Below are positions 45,985 through 56,064 of a DNA stretch of 64,000 nt, piece by piece. The notes under the pieces are model-generated. The model searched no databases, had not been told where the DNA came from, and saw only the letters and a program-made list of their open reading frames with translations. Position 1 is the first letter of the stretch; every line of letters starts with the position of its first letter. Made by a program: the position numbers and the translations under genes. The stretch covers positions 32,001 to 96,000 of IMG/VR virus record IMGVR_UViG_3300033273_000833; one strand, written 5' to 3'. Origin of the DNA: a virus (Duplodnaviria > Caudoviricetes).

Positions 45985-46942
45985 AAGTTTAAAATACTCA
46001 GATATTTGCTTGATTCCTAATTATAGCGAATGTCACTCTAGATCAGATTGCGATACATCAGTATCTTTATTTGATAAAAAATTTAATCTACCTATCATTC
46101 CAGCCAATATGAAGTCTGTAATTGATATGGACTTAGCTAAATGGATGAGTGATAATCAATATTTTTATGTAATGCATCGCTTTAATCGCGATTTAGCTGA
46201 AGATGTTGCTAACGCTCAAGAATGGAATAATATTTCATTTAGCGTCGGGGTTAAGATGGAATGCAAGATCGCAATACAAAAAATTAAGAAGCGAAACCAC
46301 AAGGTCGATTTTTTAACAATTGATATTGCTCACGGACATTGTTTAAGAATGAAAACAATGATTAACTTTATCAGGAAACATTTGCCTGATACGAAAATTA
46401 TAGCTGGCAATGTCGCAACTCCTCAGGCAGTTAGAGATTTATCCTCTTGGGGCGCTGATGTCGTTAAGGTTGGAGTAGGTCAAGGTTCTCCTTGTACAAC
46501 TAAAGATAAAACTGGCTTCACTATGCCAATGTTTAGTTGCGTAAAAACTTGCTCTAAGCAGTATTCTGACGACCTTGAGGAGGAAACAAGTATTCCAATC
46601 ATTGCAGATGGAGGTATAGGTAGCAATGGAGATATCGCAAAAGCTCTTGTAGCTGGAGCAACAATGACTATGGCAGGAGGTTTATTTGCGGCTTGCTCTG
46701 ATAGCCCCGCATGCCCTAGCTTAATAGGAGGAGTATCTCACAAATCTTATTTTGGCTCAGCGAGTGCGGAGAATAAAGGGCATCGCAATCACGTAGAAGG
46801 CAAACTAAATCACATCTTATGCAACAATATGACCTACGAACGAAAGCTAAATGAAATCAAACAAGACTTACAAAGCGCCATATCATATGCAGGAGGCCAA
46901 GATCTAAGCGCATTTAAACACGTACAGTACACAGAACAATGA
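45977..46942 (+). CDS. guaC: GMP reductase
   Basis: PIIPANM, TIDIAHGH, AGNVATP, KVGVGQGSPCTTK, IIADGGI, LQSAISYAGG; no CBS domains. Confidence 0.9.
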   Translation: MSKSLKYSDICLIPNYSECHSRSDCDTSVSLFDKKFNLPIIPANMKSVIDMDLAKWMSDNQYFYVMHRFNRDLAEDVANAQEWNNISFSVGVKMECKIAIQKIKKRNHKVDFLTIDIAHGHCLRMKTMINFIRKHLPDTKIIAGNVATPQAVRDLSSWGADVVKVGVGQGSPCTTKDKTGFTMPMFSCVKTCSKQYSDDLEEETSIPIIADGGIGSNGDIAKALVAGATMTMAGGLFAACSDSPACPSLIGGVSHKSYFGSASAENKGHRNHVEGKLNHILCNNMTYERKLNEIKQDLQSAISYAGGQDLSAFKHVQYTEQ

Positions 46943-47103
46943 ACAAACAAAAAGCATTATTAATTAAAAAATTAATTTCTTACGATGGCTCATCAGCCGA
47001 ACATAAAAGAGTTTTTAAAAAATTAAAGAAAAAGTACAACAAATTATCTAAATCAGAAAAGATTAAATTATTAGAAGATATAGAATCTACATTTAAAGAT
47101 TAA
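46939..47103 (+). CDS. 54-aa Lys-rich protein (not in the ORF track)
   Basis: MNKQKALLIKKL..TFKD*; ATGA-coupled to guaC; its stop shares TTAA with the convergent tail J stop. Confidence 0.55.
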   Translation: MNKQKALLIKKLISYDGSSAEHKRVFKKLKKKYNKLSKSEKIKLLEDIESTFKD

Positions 47104-50100
47104 GATATGCCATCAGGTTCAATCCTATACCATATACCATTAACTTCTATGTGAAGATTACCGTCTTCGACTTTTAATCTTGAATTTCCAGATATAACTA
47201 AATTTTGGGTAAAGCCCGTATCTTGTATTTTATTATCAAAAATAGTTGTGTTATTCAAAGCTTCGTCTATTTTACCAGATATCCCTTCTCCCTCAGAAAA
47301 GTAAGTTGACATCGGGGAATTACCGATAGTAGGTTCTTGCGAAAAGTTTACTATTTCCCCAGCCTCAAAACCATTTGTTTTAATTGTTGATCCAGAAATA
47401 ATTCCTCCTTGACCATCATAATCTCCATCATCGCCAGGTACGCACCTGATATTCATTCCTTTAACATTAACAAAAAAGTCTAACATATCACTATCAATTG
47501 ACCCGCTAGTTAAGGCAAAATTATTAGAACTATCACCTTCTCCTAATAAATCACTAAATGTTTTATTGCTTAAGTTTTCAATATCAAACTGTCCAATTCC
47601 TATAGGAGTGCCTTGATATGCAGTTTTAGATGCCAAGGGATACTTAACAAAAGAATCTGGATCAGAACTAACTCCATCAGAACTACTCCAAGTCTTTGTT
47701 CCTCCTATAATTATTCCTTCTCTAAACTGTTTCATCCCTACAATTCTCTCATCTCCAAAAGTGTTCATAAACACATGTCCCAACTCCTCAACTGAACTTT
47801 CTTCATCCTCAACACCTTCGCTTAGATCTGCCAACTCATCTTGAGGAGCAATCATAAAACCTGTTACTCCAAAATCAAAAACGGTATTATCAAGAAGAGT
47901 AACTTTATCAATTTCACTCAATAAAGAATTTTTCCATACGAAACTTTCGAATACTTTAACTTTCAAAAAATAATCTCTGTCATAATTAATTCCACCATTT
48001 TCCAAACTAGCGTCATAAGGAATTATTAGCTTATCACTACCATCTTTCTGTTGAATAGCTAAGGTTTCAGACAATTCAAAATCTGGATTATTTTTATTAG
48101 CATATAGTATAGCGTATCCAACAGTTTGCTTCTGGGAATATCTACTTGAGTCAGCTAATGATGGATTATGATAGGATCCAGATATATTTAAATTCATAGA
48201 GTCGAACGCCATTAACGTATTTGATCCAGCATCATCAGGTCTATTTTTTTGTAGAGCAGCTTTATTTGTATCATTAAATTCTACGTCGCTTGTTGTCCAG
48301 GAACCCAACTCTTCCAGCATAGCAGAATCTTCAATACCGTCTTGTTTCCAGAAATTTACTGCAGAGAAGTTTGCAAAATGAGTTACAGCCAAAATTTTAG
48401 TAAAATTATTAAAGCCATTTGACCCATAATCTTCCCAGGTTTGAGCTATCTGTTTAATTTGATCAAAAGAATATGTTTTATATGGGTAATTTTGATTATG
48501 GAATTGATTTACTTTTAAAGATTGAATTGTCAAATTTTTTATTTGATCCCAATATGCTAGCGCATCATCCAATGAATAAATTCTACTTGGGATATTGCTA
48601 TTCAAAGCCATTTCTGCCTGATAATCAAACCTTGCCCCTTCTGGAATATCTCCATGCGAAGCTGTTTCTGTATGAACATCGTTTCCATCATCATCAGTAG
48701 TTATAATTTTGATTTTTTGATCTTGATTTAAATCTAAAAATACTTCATCTGAGGGGATCCATTCTGGCAAAATTGAAGTTATTGACCCAGTAAATATTGT
48801 AGGTGCGTCGTAAAGTATAAATGTTTGGACTGAAGAATATCTTTTTTGGTTTCCAGCTTTTGCAATTGCTTGGATAACAACTGCTATACCTCTTTGATCT
48901 TGTAAGTTTGAATATTTAAAAGAAACACTACCCTGATCGTCTACAACTGTTTCAAACCTTATATCGTATGAAAAGCTGTAATCCAGCCTTTTGTATAAAT
49001 TGCTTTCATCATAAATCCATTGAGTTTGAGAGGTTACAGGGACTCCAGCTGTTTGAGCGCTAGATGCTCCAGATCTATCAACTGGACACAACCCAATTTT
49101 AAACCCTTCAAAATATGGACTACTGGAATTAAGCATTGACGAAGAGGTATAGGTTGTAGTTAAACTATCTATATCTCTGTATTCCCAGGTTAAATTATAA
49201 GAAGGAGAGTTTTGTTCTATTTTTGCATAATTACCAACCCAACCATCAGGAGCGAAATTGCTAATAACAGGAGGTCCACTACTGTACGTTGAGTCAGATA
49301 GAACTGCAGATAAAATTCCTGAAGCAGAAGTCTTAGACTTTCCTGTACTCTTTTCAGTTCCTGAAGTGGTAACCAATAAAGACCATGTACCTGTTGCTGC
49401 GGAAGAATTTTTTGCCACCGAAGTCGTTATTGAAAAAACTTTACTCCCCCCACCGTTTCTGGAAGAACTATTATGAGTAGTTTGATCTCCTGTTGGAGAT
49501 ATTAATATTATATTATTTGTTATGTTATTAAAGAGGGATTCGTCTACAGTTGTTGTAAATTTTACATCGAAAGTTAAGGTAGAGTTTGACTTAGCTTTAA
49601 ATTTTTCAACGATAGGCGGTGTGATATTTGCTGAAGCCTGAGATGTGCCAACTGATATATCATAGTCTGAAGTTATTATTGGGAATGTTTGATCCATTGA
49701 AGATAGTTTTTCTTCATCAAAAAATACTGCAATAATTTTATATTTACCCTCTCCTTCTTCTTCGATTGCCTGTATTCTATATTTTCGCTCTCTCCAGTCC
49801 GTACCATATTGGCCTCCATCTTCAGGATTAATTAAAGCCCAGTCAGTACCTTTCAGAATAACTTTGTATGAATTATCATAACTTTCAAGAATTGATGTAG
49901 TGAATTTTATAAAATTTCCATTAATGTCTTTTACTTTTATCTTGTTAGTAACAGCGGAACCTCCATCAGCAGGAAATACTGAGCCTTTAATTCTCTGGCT
50001 TTTATTCAAGTCTCGAATATCTTGACTACTTACAGAACCTTTTTCATCTAAAAAGTCTACATCATAATTTGGATCAATATTTCCTAGAATTATATCAAAG

Positions 50101-52835
50101 TAATTCGATTGCCTTGAATTTGGGTCGTAAGCTTTGAGAGATATAGGTTGAGTAAGTACCAGAGTTTCATCGCCTTCGACATCAATTACTTTTCCTATTG
50201 ATTGGTTCGTGTTCTTCAAAGTGTCTGTAACACTGATAATGTTTCCAGGTTTTAAAAACAAAGCTCTATAATCAGTACTAAAAGTAATTGTTTCTGTATT
50301 TACAGAAGAAGTCAGGAAAAACCATCTACCCATTCTTCTGGCCTGACCTCTAGAGGTACACCCCAATGGCTCAATATTTTTCCGAATGACTCCTAATTCT
50401 TTAACCCCCTGCTTATCTTCAACATATTCGTATTTTTTTCGAAAATTATCTTTCTTGTCCATATAGCCTACTCGAGCCACCGTATATCGCGTTGACTTAG
50501 AAGAAGTATAATACGAAAATACTCCTCCTTCTACATTTGTATTTGAAAAATTAATAGATGGTTCATCTACTTGAACACCAGGAACCTTATTCCAATATTT
50601 TTGCCAATTATTATCAACCCCAGGCCTAATTCCAGTTCCGCCAGTAGCGGTTTTTTTGAAAAAATTAAATGTAGATGCAGGAAACTCTACAACATCCCCT
50701 ATAGAATATGAAGTGCCTCCAGAGAAGCTTACATAACTAACGGTATTACTTCCGCCGTCAAGGGAAATAGAAACACCTCTGCCGTCCCAATATGCTATAC
50801 CATGAAATGTTTCAGCTATAGTTTTTAATAGCTGATAAGCTTCTTCTTCTTCGCTTATAATTACATTCATAGTGTATCTAGGCTCTTTACCGTTGTAAGT
50901 GTCATCGACGCCAACAAAATTACCTGAATCATTGACAGCGTCGCAGTATCTACCAATTTTATATAGTGTCCATTTATCAATTTTATCAATATCTAAATAT
51001 GCCCCAATTCCATATCTATTATTAATCATCAAATCATATAAAACCCACGCAGGATTATCAGACCATTCATATTTAAACGTTCCATCCCAGTTTCCGCTGT
51101 ATACATTTCCTCCGACAAATCTATTATCAGGAGTATAATTAGATGGAATTAATATTTTTTTAAGTCGTAGATGATAACTTCTTTCTGGCTTATCTTGAAA
51201 ATACCTTGAATTAAAAGATTGCTGAATAATTGCACTAAATGGGTATGACATTTTTTCGTCAATGATTTCAGTAACACTATCTAATGTAATTTTTGCAGAC
51301 ATTATAGGAGATATAATTTCTCTACCCGTTTTAGTGACTTTAATATATCTAGTTTTTCCAGCAATAGCTGGCGGCATCCTGAAACAATTAAAAGCATTAT
51401 TAGCATCAGTAATTGGCATAAAGAATGTTTCCAAACCTTCTTCATAATATTGCCTCATTCCTGAATCTTGTCCAAATTGACGAAATCTATTTAATCCTAA
51501 AGCTGGTTCATCGCTAGAAGGTGCGAACGTATGAGGGATAGCTTGATCAGGAGTAACTCCTTCTAGAGCTTCTGCATCAAATACCTCAGCTGGATTCCCT
51601 CCAGTTTCAATATCTCGCATTCCGTTATCAAAATCCGAATCCTCTCCAAATATAATTTCACCACTGTCTCCAAAACTAGCCCTACCTACATCAATTAAAT
51701 AACTTGAACCTTGAACCAGGCCTTGAATGAAATAATTTCTACTTATCGATTTCCTAGGAGCACCTCCAACTTGAGAAATTCCATGATATGCAAGCCATTG
51801 AGTAAACTCTAAAGAATTAGCTTCTTGATCAGTTAAACCGTTAATTCCTATTTCTACCTGAAAACCTATTTTATGTTCTCTTGCAGTTGTCATTAAACCT
51901 ACTTTACCACCCCCTGCTCCATGATCAACAGTATCTTTTAAGTCGTCAACGGATATTGTAATATAGGCAAAATCAACCTCAGGATTTGTGATGGTGTGAG
52001 ATACGGGAAAAGCGCCTTCTGAAAATTCTGCATGACCTGCGCTCCATGAAGTAAAATTTCTTACACTTGTATGAGTTCTTATATCTGAACCATGTTGTAC
52101 TTCGCTAGCTGCATACCCATATTTTATCGCTTCATCCAACCCTGCGGATGTACCAAGAAAATAACCTATGTAAGATCCGTTTTTTGCAAACCAATTCGCA
52201 GTATTAAAGTCGGACTTGACTGCCGTTTGACCCTCTTGCTTCATTAGATTAAGCATTGTTTTAAAATTTGGCGTCCCTCCTCCATATAGTATAGAAGCTC
52301 CATCTTCACCAGTACCCATATTAGGGCCGACCAAGCTTTGCTTAATAGATTGAGTATTATATATTTTACTCCTAGACCACGTATCTCTACTTGGGTCTAT
52401 GCCTTTATGGTTTCCAGGGCTCCAGTTTAAAGCAAGTTTTCTATAATTATATGTGCCATTTTCATTCTGAACCGCAGTCCCGTTAAAATATATTCCTTTA
52501 GCAATTTCTGTCCCAGACGCCAAGCTACCATCTGGTTTACAAAAGCCCTCTATAGGTCCTTCACAAATTAAATCTACAACTTCAGACTGAGAAAAACTCT
52601 GCAAAGCATTTTCGTCAGGAGCAGGAGGCTTTAGCAATGGGGTGGGAGGAGAGCCTTTTCCTTTTCCTCCTCCTTCTCCAGAAACTAAAGGTACGACTAT
52701 AAATTTATCCTCTTGTTCTAAAATTTTACATGGATATATATTATGCTTTATATAAAACTTTAATTCCTCCAAGCTTTTGTAAACCCTTTTACCAAGAGTT
52801 TTATTTAAAATTCCATGAAATTTTACGTTTATCAT
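47100..52835 (-). CDS. Tail tip/host-specificity protein J (lambda gpJ-like) with N-terminal Ubl-like leader
   Basis: VVDLICEGPIEG, YPFSAII, SDNPAWVLYDL..NRYG, EPRYTMN, GCTSRGQARRMGRW, LKPGNII.V.D. Confidence 0.9.
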   Translation of the reverse strand: MINVKFHGILNKTLGKRVYKSLEELKFYIKHNIYPCKILEQEDKFIVVPLVSGEGGGKGKGSPPTPLLKPPAPDENALQSFSQSEVVDLICEGPIEGFCKPDGSLASGTEIAKGIYFNGTAVQNENGTYNYRKLALNWSPGNHKGIDPSRDTWSRSKIYNTQSIKQSLVGPNMGTGEDGASILYGGGTPNFKTMLNLMKQEGQTAVKSDFNTANWFAKNGSYIGYFLGTSAGLDEAIKYGYAASEVQHGSDIRTHTSVRNFTSWSAGHAEFSEGAFPVSHTITNPEVDFAYITISVDDLKDTVDHGAGGGKVGLMTTAREHKIGFQVEIGINGLTDQEANSLEFTQWLAYHGISQVGGAPRKSISRNYFIQGLVQGSSYLIDVGRASFGDSGEIIFGEDSDFDNGMRDIETGGNPAEVFDAEALEGVTPDQAIPHTFAPSSDEPALGLNRFRQFGQDSGMRQYYEEGLETFFMPITDANNAFNCFRMPPAIAGKTRYIKVTKTGREIISPIMSAKITLDSVTEIIDEKMSYPFSAIIQQSFNSRYFQDKPERSYHLRLKKILIPSNYTPDNRFVGGNVYSGNWDGTFKYEWSDNPAWVLYDLMINNRYGIGAYLDIDKIDKWTLYKIGRYCDAVNDSGNFVGVDDTYNGKEPRYTMNVIISEEEEAYQLLKTIAETFHGIAYWDGRGVSISLDGGSNTVSYVSFSGGTSYSIGDVVEFPASTFNFFKKTATGGTGIRPGVDNNWQKYWNKVPGVQVDEPSINFSNTNVEGGVFSYYTSSKSTRYTVARVGYMDKKDNFRKKYEYVEDKQGVKELGVIRKNIEPLGCTSRGQARRMGRWFFLTSSVNTETITFSTDYRALFLKPGNIISVTDTLKNTNQSIGKVIDVEGDETLVLTQPISLKAYDPNSRQSNYFDIILGNIDPNYDVDFLDEKGSVSSQDIRDLNKSQRIKGSVFPADGGSAVTNKIKVKDINGNFIKFTTSILESYDNSYKVILKGTDWALINPEDGGQYGTDWRERKYRIQAIEEEGEGKYKIIAVFFDEEKLSSMDQTFPIITSDYDISVGTSQASANITPPIVEKFKAKSNSTLTFDVKFTTTVDESLFNNITNNIILISPTGDQTTHNSSSRNGGGSKVFSITTSVAKNSSAATGTWSLLVTTSGTEKSTGKSKTSASGILSAVLSDSTYSSGPPVISNFAPDGWVGNYAKIEQNSPSYNLTWEYRDIDSLTTTYTSSSMLNSSSPYFEGFKIGLCPVDRSGASSAQTAGVPVTSQTQWIYDESNLYKRLDYSFSYDIRFETVVDDQGSVSFKYSNLQDQRGIAVVIQAIAKAGNQKRYSSVQTFILYDAPTIFTGSITSILPEWIPSDEVFLDLNQDQKIKIITTDDDGNDVHTETASHGDIPEGARFDYQAEMALNSNIPSRIYSLDDALAYWDQIKNLTIQSLKVNQFHNQNYPYKTYSFDQIKQIAQTWEDYGSNGFNNFTKILAVTHFANFSAVNFWKQDGIEDSAMLEELGSWTTSDVEFNDTNKAALQKNRPDDAGSNTLMAFDSMNLNISGSYHNPSLADSSRYSQKQTVGYAILYANKNNPDFELSETLAIQQKDGSDKLIIPYDASLENGGINYDRDYFLKVKVFESFVWKNSLLSEIDKVTLLDNTVFDFGVTGFMIAPQDELADLSEGVEDEESSVEELGHVFMNTFGDERIVGMKQFREGIIIGGTKTWSSSDGVSSDPDSFVKYPLASKTAYQGTPIGIGQFDIENLSNKTFSDLLGEGDSSNNFALTSGSIDSDMLDFFVNVKGMNIRCVPGDDGDYDGQGGIISGSTIKTNGFEAGEIVNFSQEPTIGNSPMSTYFSEGEGISGKIDEALNNTTIFDNKIQDTGFTQNLVISGNSRLKVEDGNLHIEVNGIWYRIEPDGIS

Positions 52836-53326
52836 CTAAATAAATTTCTATTCCATGTTTGATTGCCGATTACATAGCTACCAACCCTGAGCCTACCATA
52901 GGCAACAGGCACAGGCTTACCTTGTTTTTCAACATTTGTTTCTCCTCTAAAAGAGTAAGATTCAGTTTTAGCGGATTGAGTTGAAGCATTATCCATTTCG
53001 GGGGCTTGAACTGAATTAGCTGCCATAATTACGCTTACGCCAATTGAGACAAGAAGTCCTACAAAAAACCAAAAAAGCCCACCTTTAGCTGCAGGCAATA
53101 TGTCTATTCTTTTTATATTTTTTTTATTAGCATTCTCTAGAGACAAAACTTTTCCATCTATCAAAATCACAAATTCCATTTGATCAAAATTTTTAGCTAA
53201 AAAAGTCATAAAATTACCTTCTACGGCATCTATAGCTTTAAGAACGTCTTTCGCAGATGAAATTTCGAATTCATATTTTTCTTGAAAACGCTCCTCAAAT
53301 ATTCCATGCATATATACCTCAACCAT
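52832..53326 (-). CDS. Tail assembly protein I (ubiquitin-like, lambda gpI-like)
   Basis: V..HG start; IDILPAAKGG; YSF.G..N..QGKPVPVAYGRLRVGS. Confidence 0.85.
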   Translation of the reverse strand: MVEVYMHGIFEERFQEKYEFEISSAKDVLKAIDAVEGNFMTFLAKNFDQMEFVILIDGKVLSLENANKKNIKRIDILPAAKGGLFWFFVGLLVSIGVSVIMAANSVQAPEMDNASTQSAKTESYSFRGETNVEKQGKPVPVAYGRLRVGSYVIGNQTWNRNLFR

Positions 53327-53690
53327 TAATCAGTCCTTTTATTTTATCAATTTTATGTTTCTTGCATAAATCAGGAAAAAATACTTCAAATTTATCTTCT
53401 TCATTTATATACAAAACATTGGGCAGGCAATTGATTCTCGAAACTATTTTATCAGCTTCGGAAAAAGATTCTGCATTAGGGTGGCTATGGTATATCGCTA
53501 AAATTTCTGAGCTTAATTTAGTCTCTAAATATGCCTCTGGATGTATTTCAAATTTGGTCTTGGGGGTGGAGGATACATTCTTGCATTCTTTTGCAGATAT
53601 TTCTCCATCAACCTCAACAATAAATCCGCAAATTTCTTCTGAAATTTTACTTAAAGCATGCGTTTTAATTCTTTTAAGCGTCTGATCCAT
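53319..53690 (-). CDS. Tail assembly protein K, JAB/MPN domain only
   Basis: EEICG and YHSHP..FSEAD JAMM motif; no NlpC/P60 domain. Confidence 0.85.
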   Translation of the reverse strand: MDQTLKRIKTHALSKISEEICGFIVEVDGEISAKECKNVSSTPKTKFEIHPEAYLETKLSSEILAIYHSHPNAESFSEADKIVSRINCLPNVLYINEEDKFEVFFPDLCKKHKIDKIKGLING

Positions 53691-54873
53691 ATCCTTCTGT
53701 AGCTGGAAAACCTCCGAATCGTAAATTTTTATTTTTTGTGTACCCAGATCTAAATCTCATTCTGCAAGCATCTACGCTTTTTGAGCATTGATCAGCAACC
53801 CAATTTCCACTTTTTTTCTCAGGAGCATTACTTAAACTAGATAAATGAGCACTCACACAAACCCACACAGTTAAGTCGTGTTTTTTACTTATTTTTCCAG
53901 ATACAAGAGTAATTTGTTTTGTACCCTCCATAAAACCCCCTCCTTCAGAAGAAGGTGGCGTTTTAACAACTGTACCAACCTCATAATTAACCCCAGCAGC
54001 CCAATCTGAAATCGTAGCTGTATAATCTTTTTCTCCTATCACCGAAGAACCTCCATTGCTTGGAGTTCTTAATGCGTTTAATCTCCCTAATCCTGCGGCA
54101 TTTTCATAAGACTCTGTTTGTCCAAGCATAAAGTTTTTTTCATCTAATTCTGTAGCTATTGGAGGTCCAGTAAAGTAACAACCTTCGCCCCTATAACACC
54201 ATGAGCAATAACTACCCAATATAGTTCTATTTGGTATAGTTACATTTTCTACATCTAAAGAAGAGGTTAACTCATACTCCACAGATTCTTTTGTTTCGTT
54301 AGCTTTTTTTGATATAAAGTATAATTCCGAAGAAAATTCGTAAGCAGAATCTGTTTCTGAGCCAGCGCCAGCATTTCTGGTTCCCCAAGGATTTTTGTTG
54401 CCGTTTTCAGGAAAGTTGTCCCCGTCTAAAAACTTAGCAAAAACTCGCCTCCTTACAACTCTAGCATTAGTCATATCATTAAAGTACTTATTATATGTAG
54501 ATATAGTTTCTAACACAGTACCCTTGTGATTTGTATCCTGCACAGCGTTTGCGATTTCTTTATTTGATATTGTTAACAAAGGTCTAGGAAGACCTTGAGA
54601 AGAAGATGCAAAATTTGCAGACCTAATACCTATAGGTAGATATGAAAAACCAGCCCAATTTAACCCTTTTTCTTGCATATGATCTGCTGTGACTGCCGTG
54701 ATTTCAGACAAGTTATCTACAGAACATAACCTTAGTGCGTAATTTCGATTATCATATACATCAACATCTTGATATCCTTCCAAGTAATATATTTCATACA
54801 AAGACAATAAAGCCGTTGGCGACAAGCCGAATGCTTGCTCCATGTTTAATCCTTGTTTTTGATAATCTTCCAT
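53674..54873 (-). CDS. Minor tail protein L (lambda gpL-like)
   Basis: RRRVFAKFLDGDNF, CSWCYRGEGC, CSKS..ACRMRF, FGGFP. Confidence 0.9.
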   Translation of the reverse strand: MEDYQKQGLNMEQAFGLSPTALLSLYEIYYLEGYQDVDVYDNRNYALRLCSVDNLSEITAVTADHMQEKGLNWAGFSYLPIGIRSANFASSSQGLPRPLLTISNKEIANAVQDTNHKGTVLETISTYNKYFNDMTNARVVRRRVFAKFLDGDNFPENGNKNPWGTRNAGAGSETDSAYEFSSELYFISKKANETKESVEYELTSSLDVENVTIPNRTILGSYCSWCYRGEGCYFTGPPIATELDEKNFMLGQTESYENAAGLGRLNALRTPSNGGSSVIGEKDYTATISDWAAGVNYEVGTVVKTPPSSEGGGFMEGTKQITLVSGKISKKHDLTVWVCVSAHLSSLSNAPEKKSGNWVADQCSKSVDACRMRFRSGYTKNKNLRFGGFPATEGYGSDA

Positions 54874-54881
54874 ATAATTAT

Positions 54882-54887
54882 TTACAC
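54882..54887 (-). promoter_or_regulatory. GTGTAA putative late-promoter motif heading the tail-tip genes
   Basis: GTGTAA-N8-ATG(54873) on the minus strand. Confidence 0.7.
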
Positions 54888-55633
54888 TATAGTTTAAAAT
54901 TATAAGTTATTGAAATTCCTTGTTTTATATTATTTATTCTATGCCACCAAAACCTAGGTATATTTAAACTTTCGTTTTCATTTAATATTATTATATTATA
55001 TTTTATATTGTTTTTAATTAAAATCTCGGAAATTTTTGTTTTAGAATACATAGCTCCAGAATGTTTTAAATCAGAACTTTCTATAAAGTTATTATATTGA
55101 GGATCAATCAACAAGACTTCTTTTCTACCACTTATAACGCTTAGTAGGGAATGTGCTATCGGCTTCTTATAAAAGTTTTCCTTGTGAATTTGCTTAAGAG
55201 TTTGATCAATTTTATAACTATAGGAATCGTAATGCAACGGAGTGATAGTGCCCTTTCCTCCCCACCAGAATGATATTCCGCCCTCTTTACCAAAATTGTA
55301 TTTATTGACTATTTCTTTTTCGAACTCTAAAATTTTTTCAGGATCAACAAAGCCAAAAGGATTTTCCGAGCGCAGATAATATTTATTATTTTTTTTATTC
55401 ATATACTCTTTAACATATTGCTCTATAGTAATTTCAATACAATTCATTTCTTGTAAATTTGATATTTGCCTACCTTCTATTATTTCTGGCACAATAACCT
55501 TGAGTCGCCCATATTTCTTTAATATATTATCGACATTAATAATTTTACTTAATCCAAAATCATAACTTAAAAAAAATGGGTTATTCTCCTTAAACAAATC
55601 TGTAATATTGTCAATATTTTCTACATGCAACAT
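54887..55633 (-). CDS. JmjC/cupin-8 2-oxoglutarate Fe(II) oxygenase
   Basis: WWG..GTITPLHYD, G.KEVLL, L..NESLNIPRFWWH; HxD..H triad present. Confidence 0.85.
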   Translation of the reverse strand: MLHVENIDNITDLFKENNPFFLSYDFGLSKIINVDNILKKYGRLKVIVPEIIEGRQISNLQEMNCIEITIEQYVKEYMNKKNNKYYLRSENPFGFVDPEKILEFEKEIVNKYNFGKEGGISFWWGGKGTITPLHYDSYSYKIDQTLKQIHKENFYKKPIAHSLLSVISGRKEVLLIDPQYNNFIESSDLKHSGAMYSKTKISEILIKNNIKYNIIILNENESLNIPRFWWHRINNIKQGISITYNFKL

Positions 55634-55636
55634 GCT

Positions 55637-55948
55637 TTATTTTAGTCTATTTAATATTTTTCTCAATACAAAAGACTGATTATTATAATTAATTAATTCT
55701 ATCTGCAAATTACTTTTGCGACGCGGGCCTATATAAAAACCTTGAACCTCATCTCTACTCACCATAGCGTCAACAAAATCATATGAATTATTTTGTTTTA
55801 ACCAAGACCAATATAGATCAATTTCTTTTTCGCAACATTCTACAAAAACATTTTTGTTTAAAAAACATTTTGCATATAAACTAATGTCCCTAAAACAATA
55901 CACCTGACTAGGAGGAGCGGTCAAACTACCATCTATAATCAAATCCAT
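55637..55948 (-). CDS. Hypothetical protein (weak HAD-like resemblance)
   Basis: LIIDGSL; start moved using GTGTAA-N8-ATG. Confidence 0.5.
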   Translation of the reverse strand: MDLIIDGSLTAPPSQVYCFRDISLYAKCFLNKNVFVECCEKEIDLYWSWLKQNNSYDFVDAMVSRDEVQGFYIGPRRKSNLQIELINYNNQSFVLRKILNRLK

Positions 55949-55956
55949 ATTTTTTT

Positions 55957-55962
55957 TTACAC
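55957..55962 (-). promoter_or_regulatory. GTGTAA putative late-promoter motif
   Basis: GTGTAA-N8-ATG(55948) on the minus strand. Confidence 0.7.
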
Positions 55963-56028
55963 TCAAACAACTAAAATTTTTTTTCGACGGATTTTTGAAT
56001 CACAGTGGACGATATACAAAAATAATAC

Positions 56029-56057
56029 TTGACAAACCTTGCAATATTTAATATGAT
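56029..56057 (+). promoter_or_regulatory. sigma70 promoter (leaderless geometry)
   Basis: TTGACA-N17-TATGAT-N7-ATG(56065). Confidence 0.8.
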
Positions 56058-56064
56058 TATAAAC

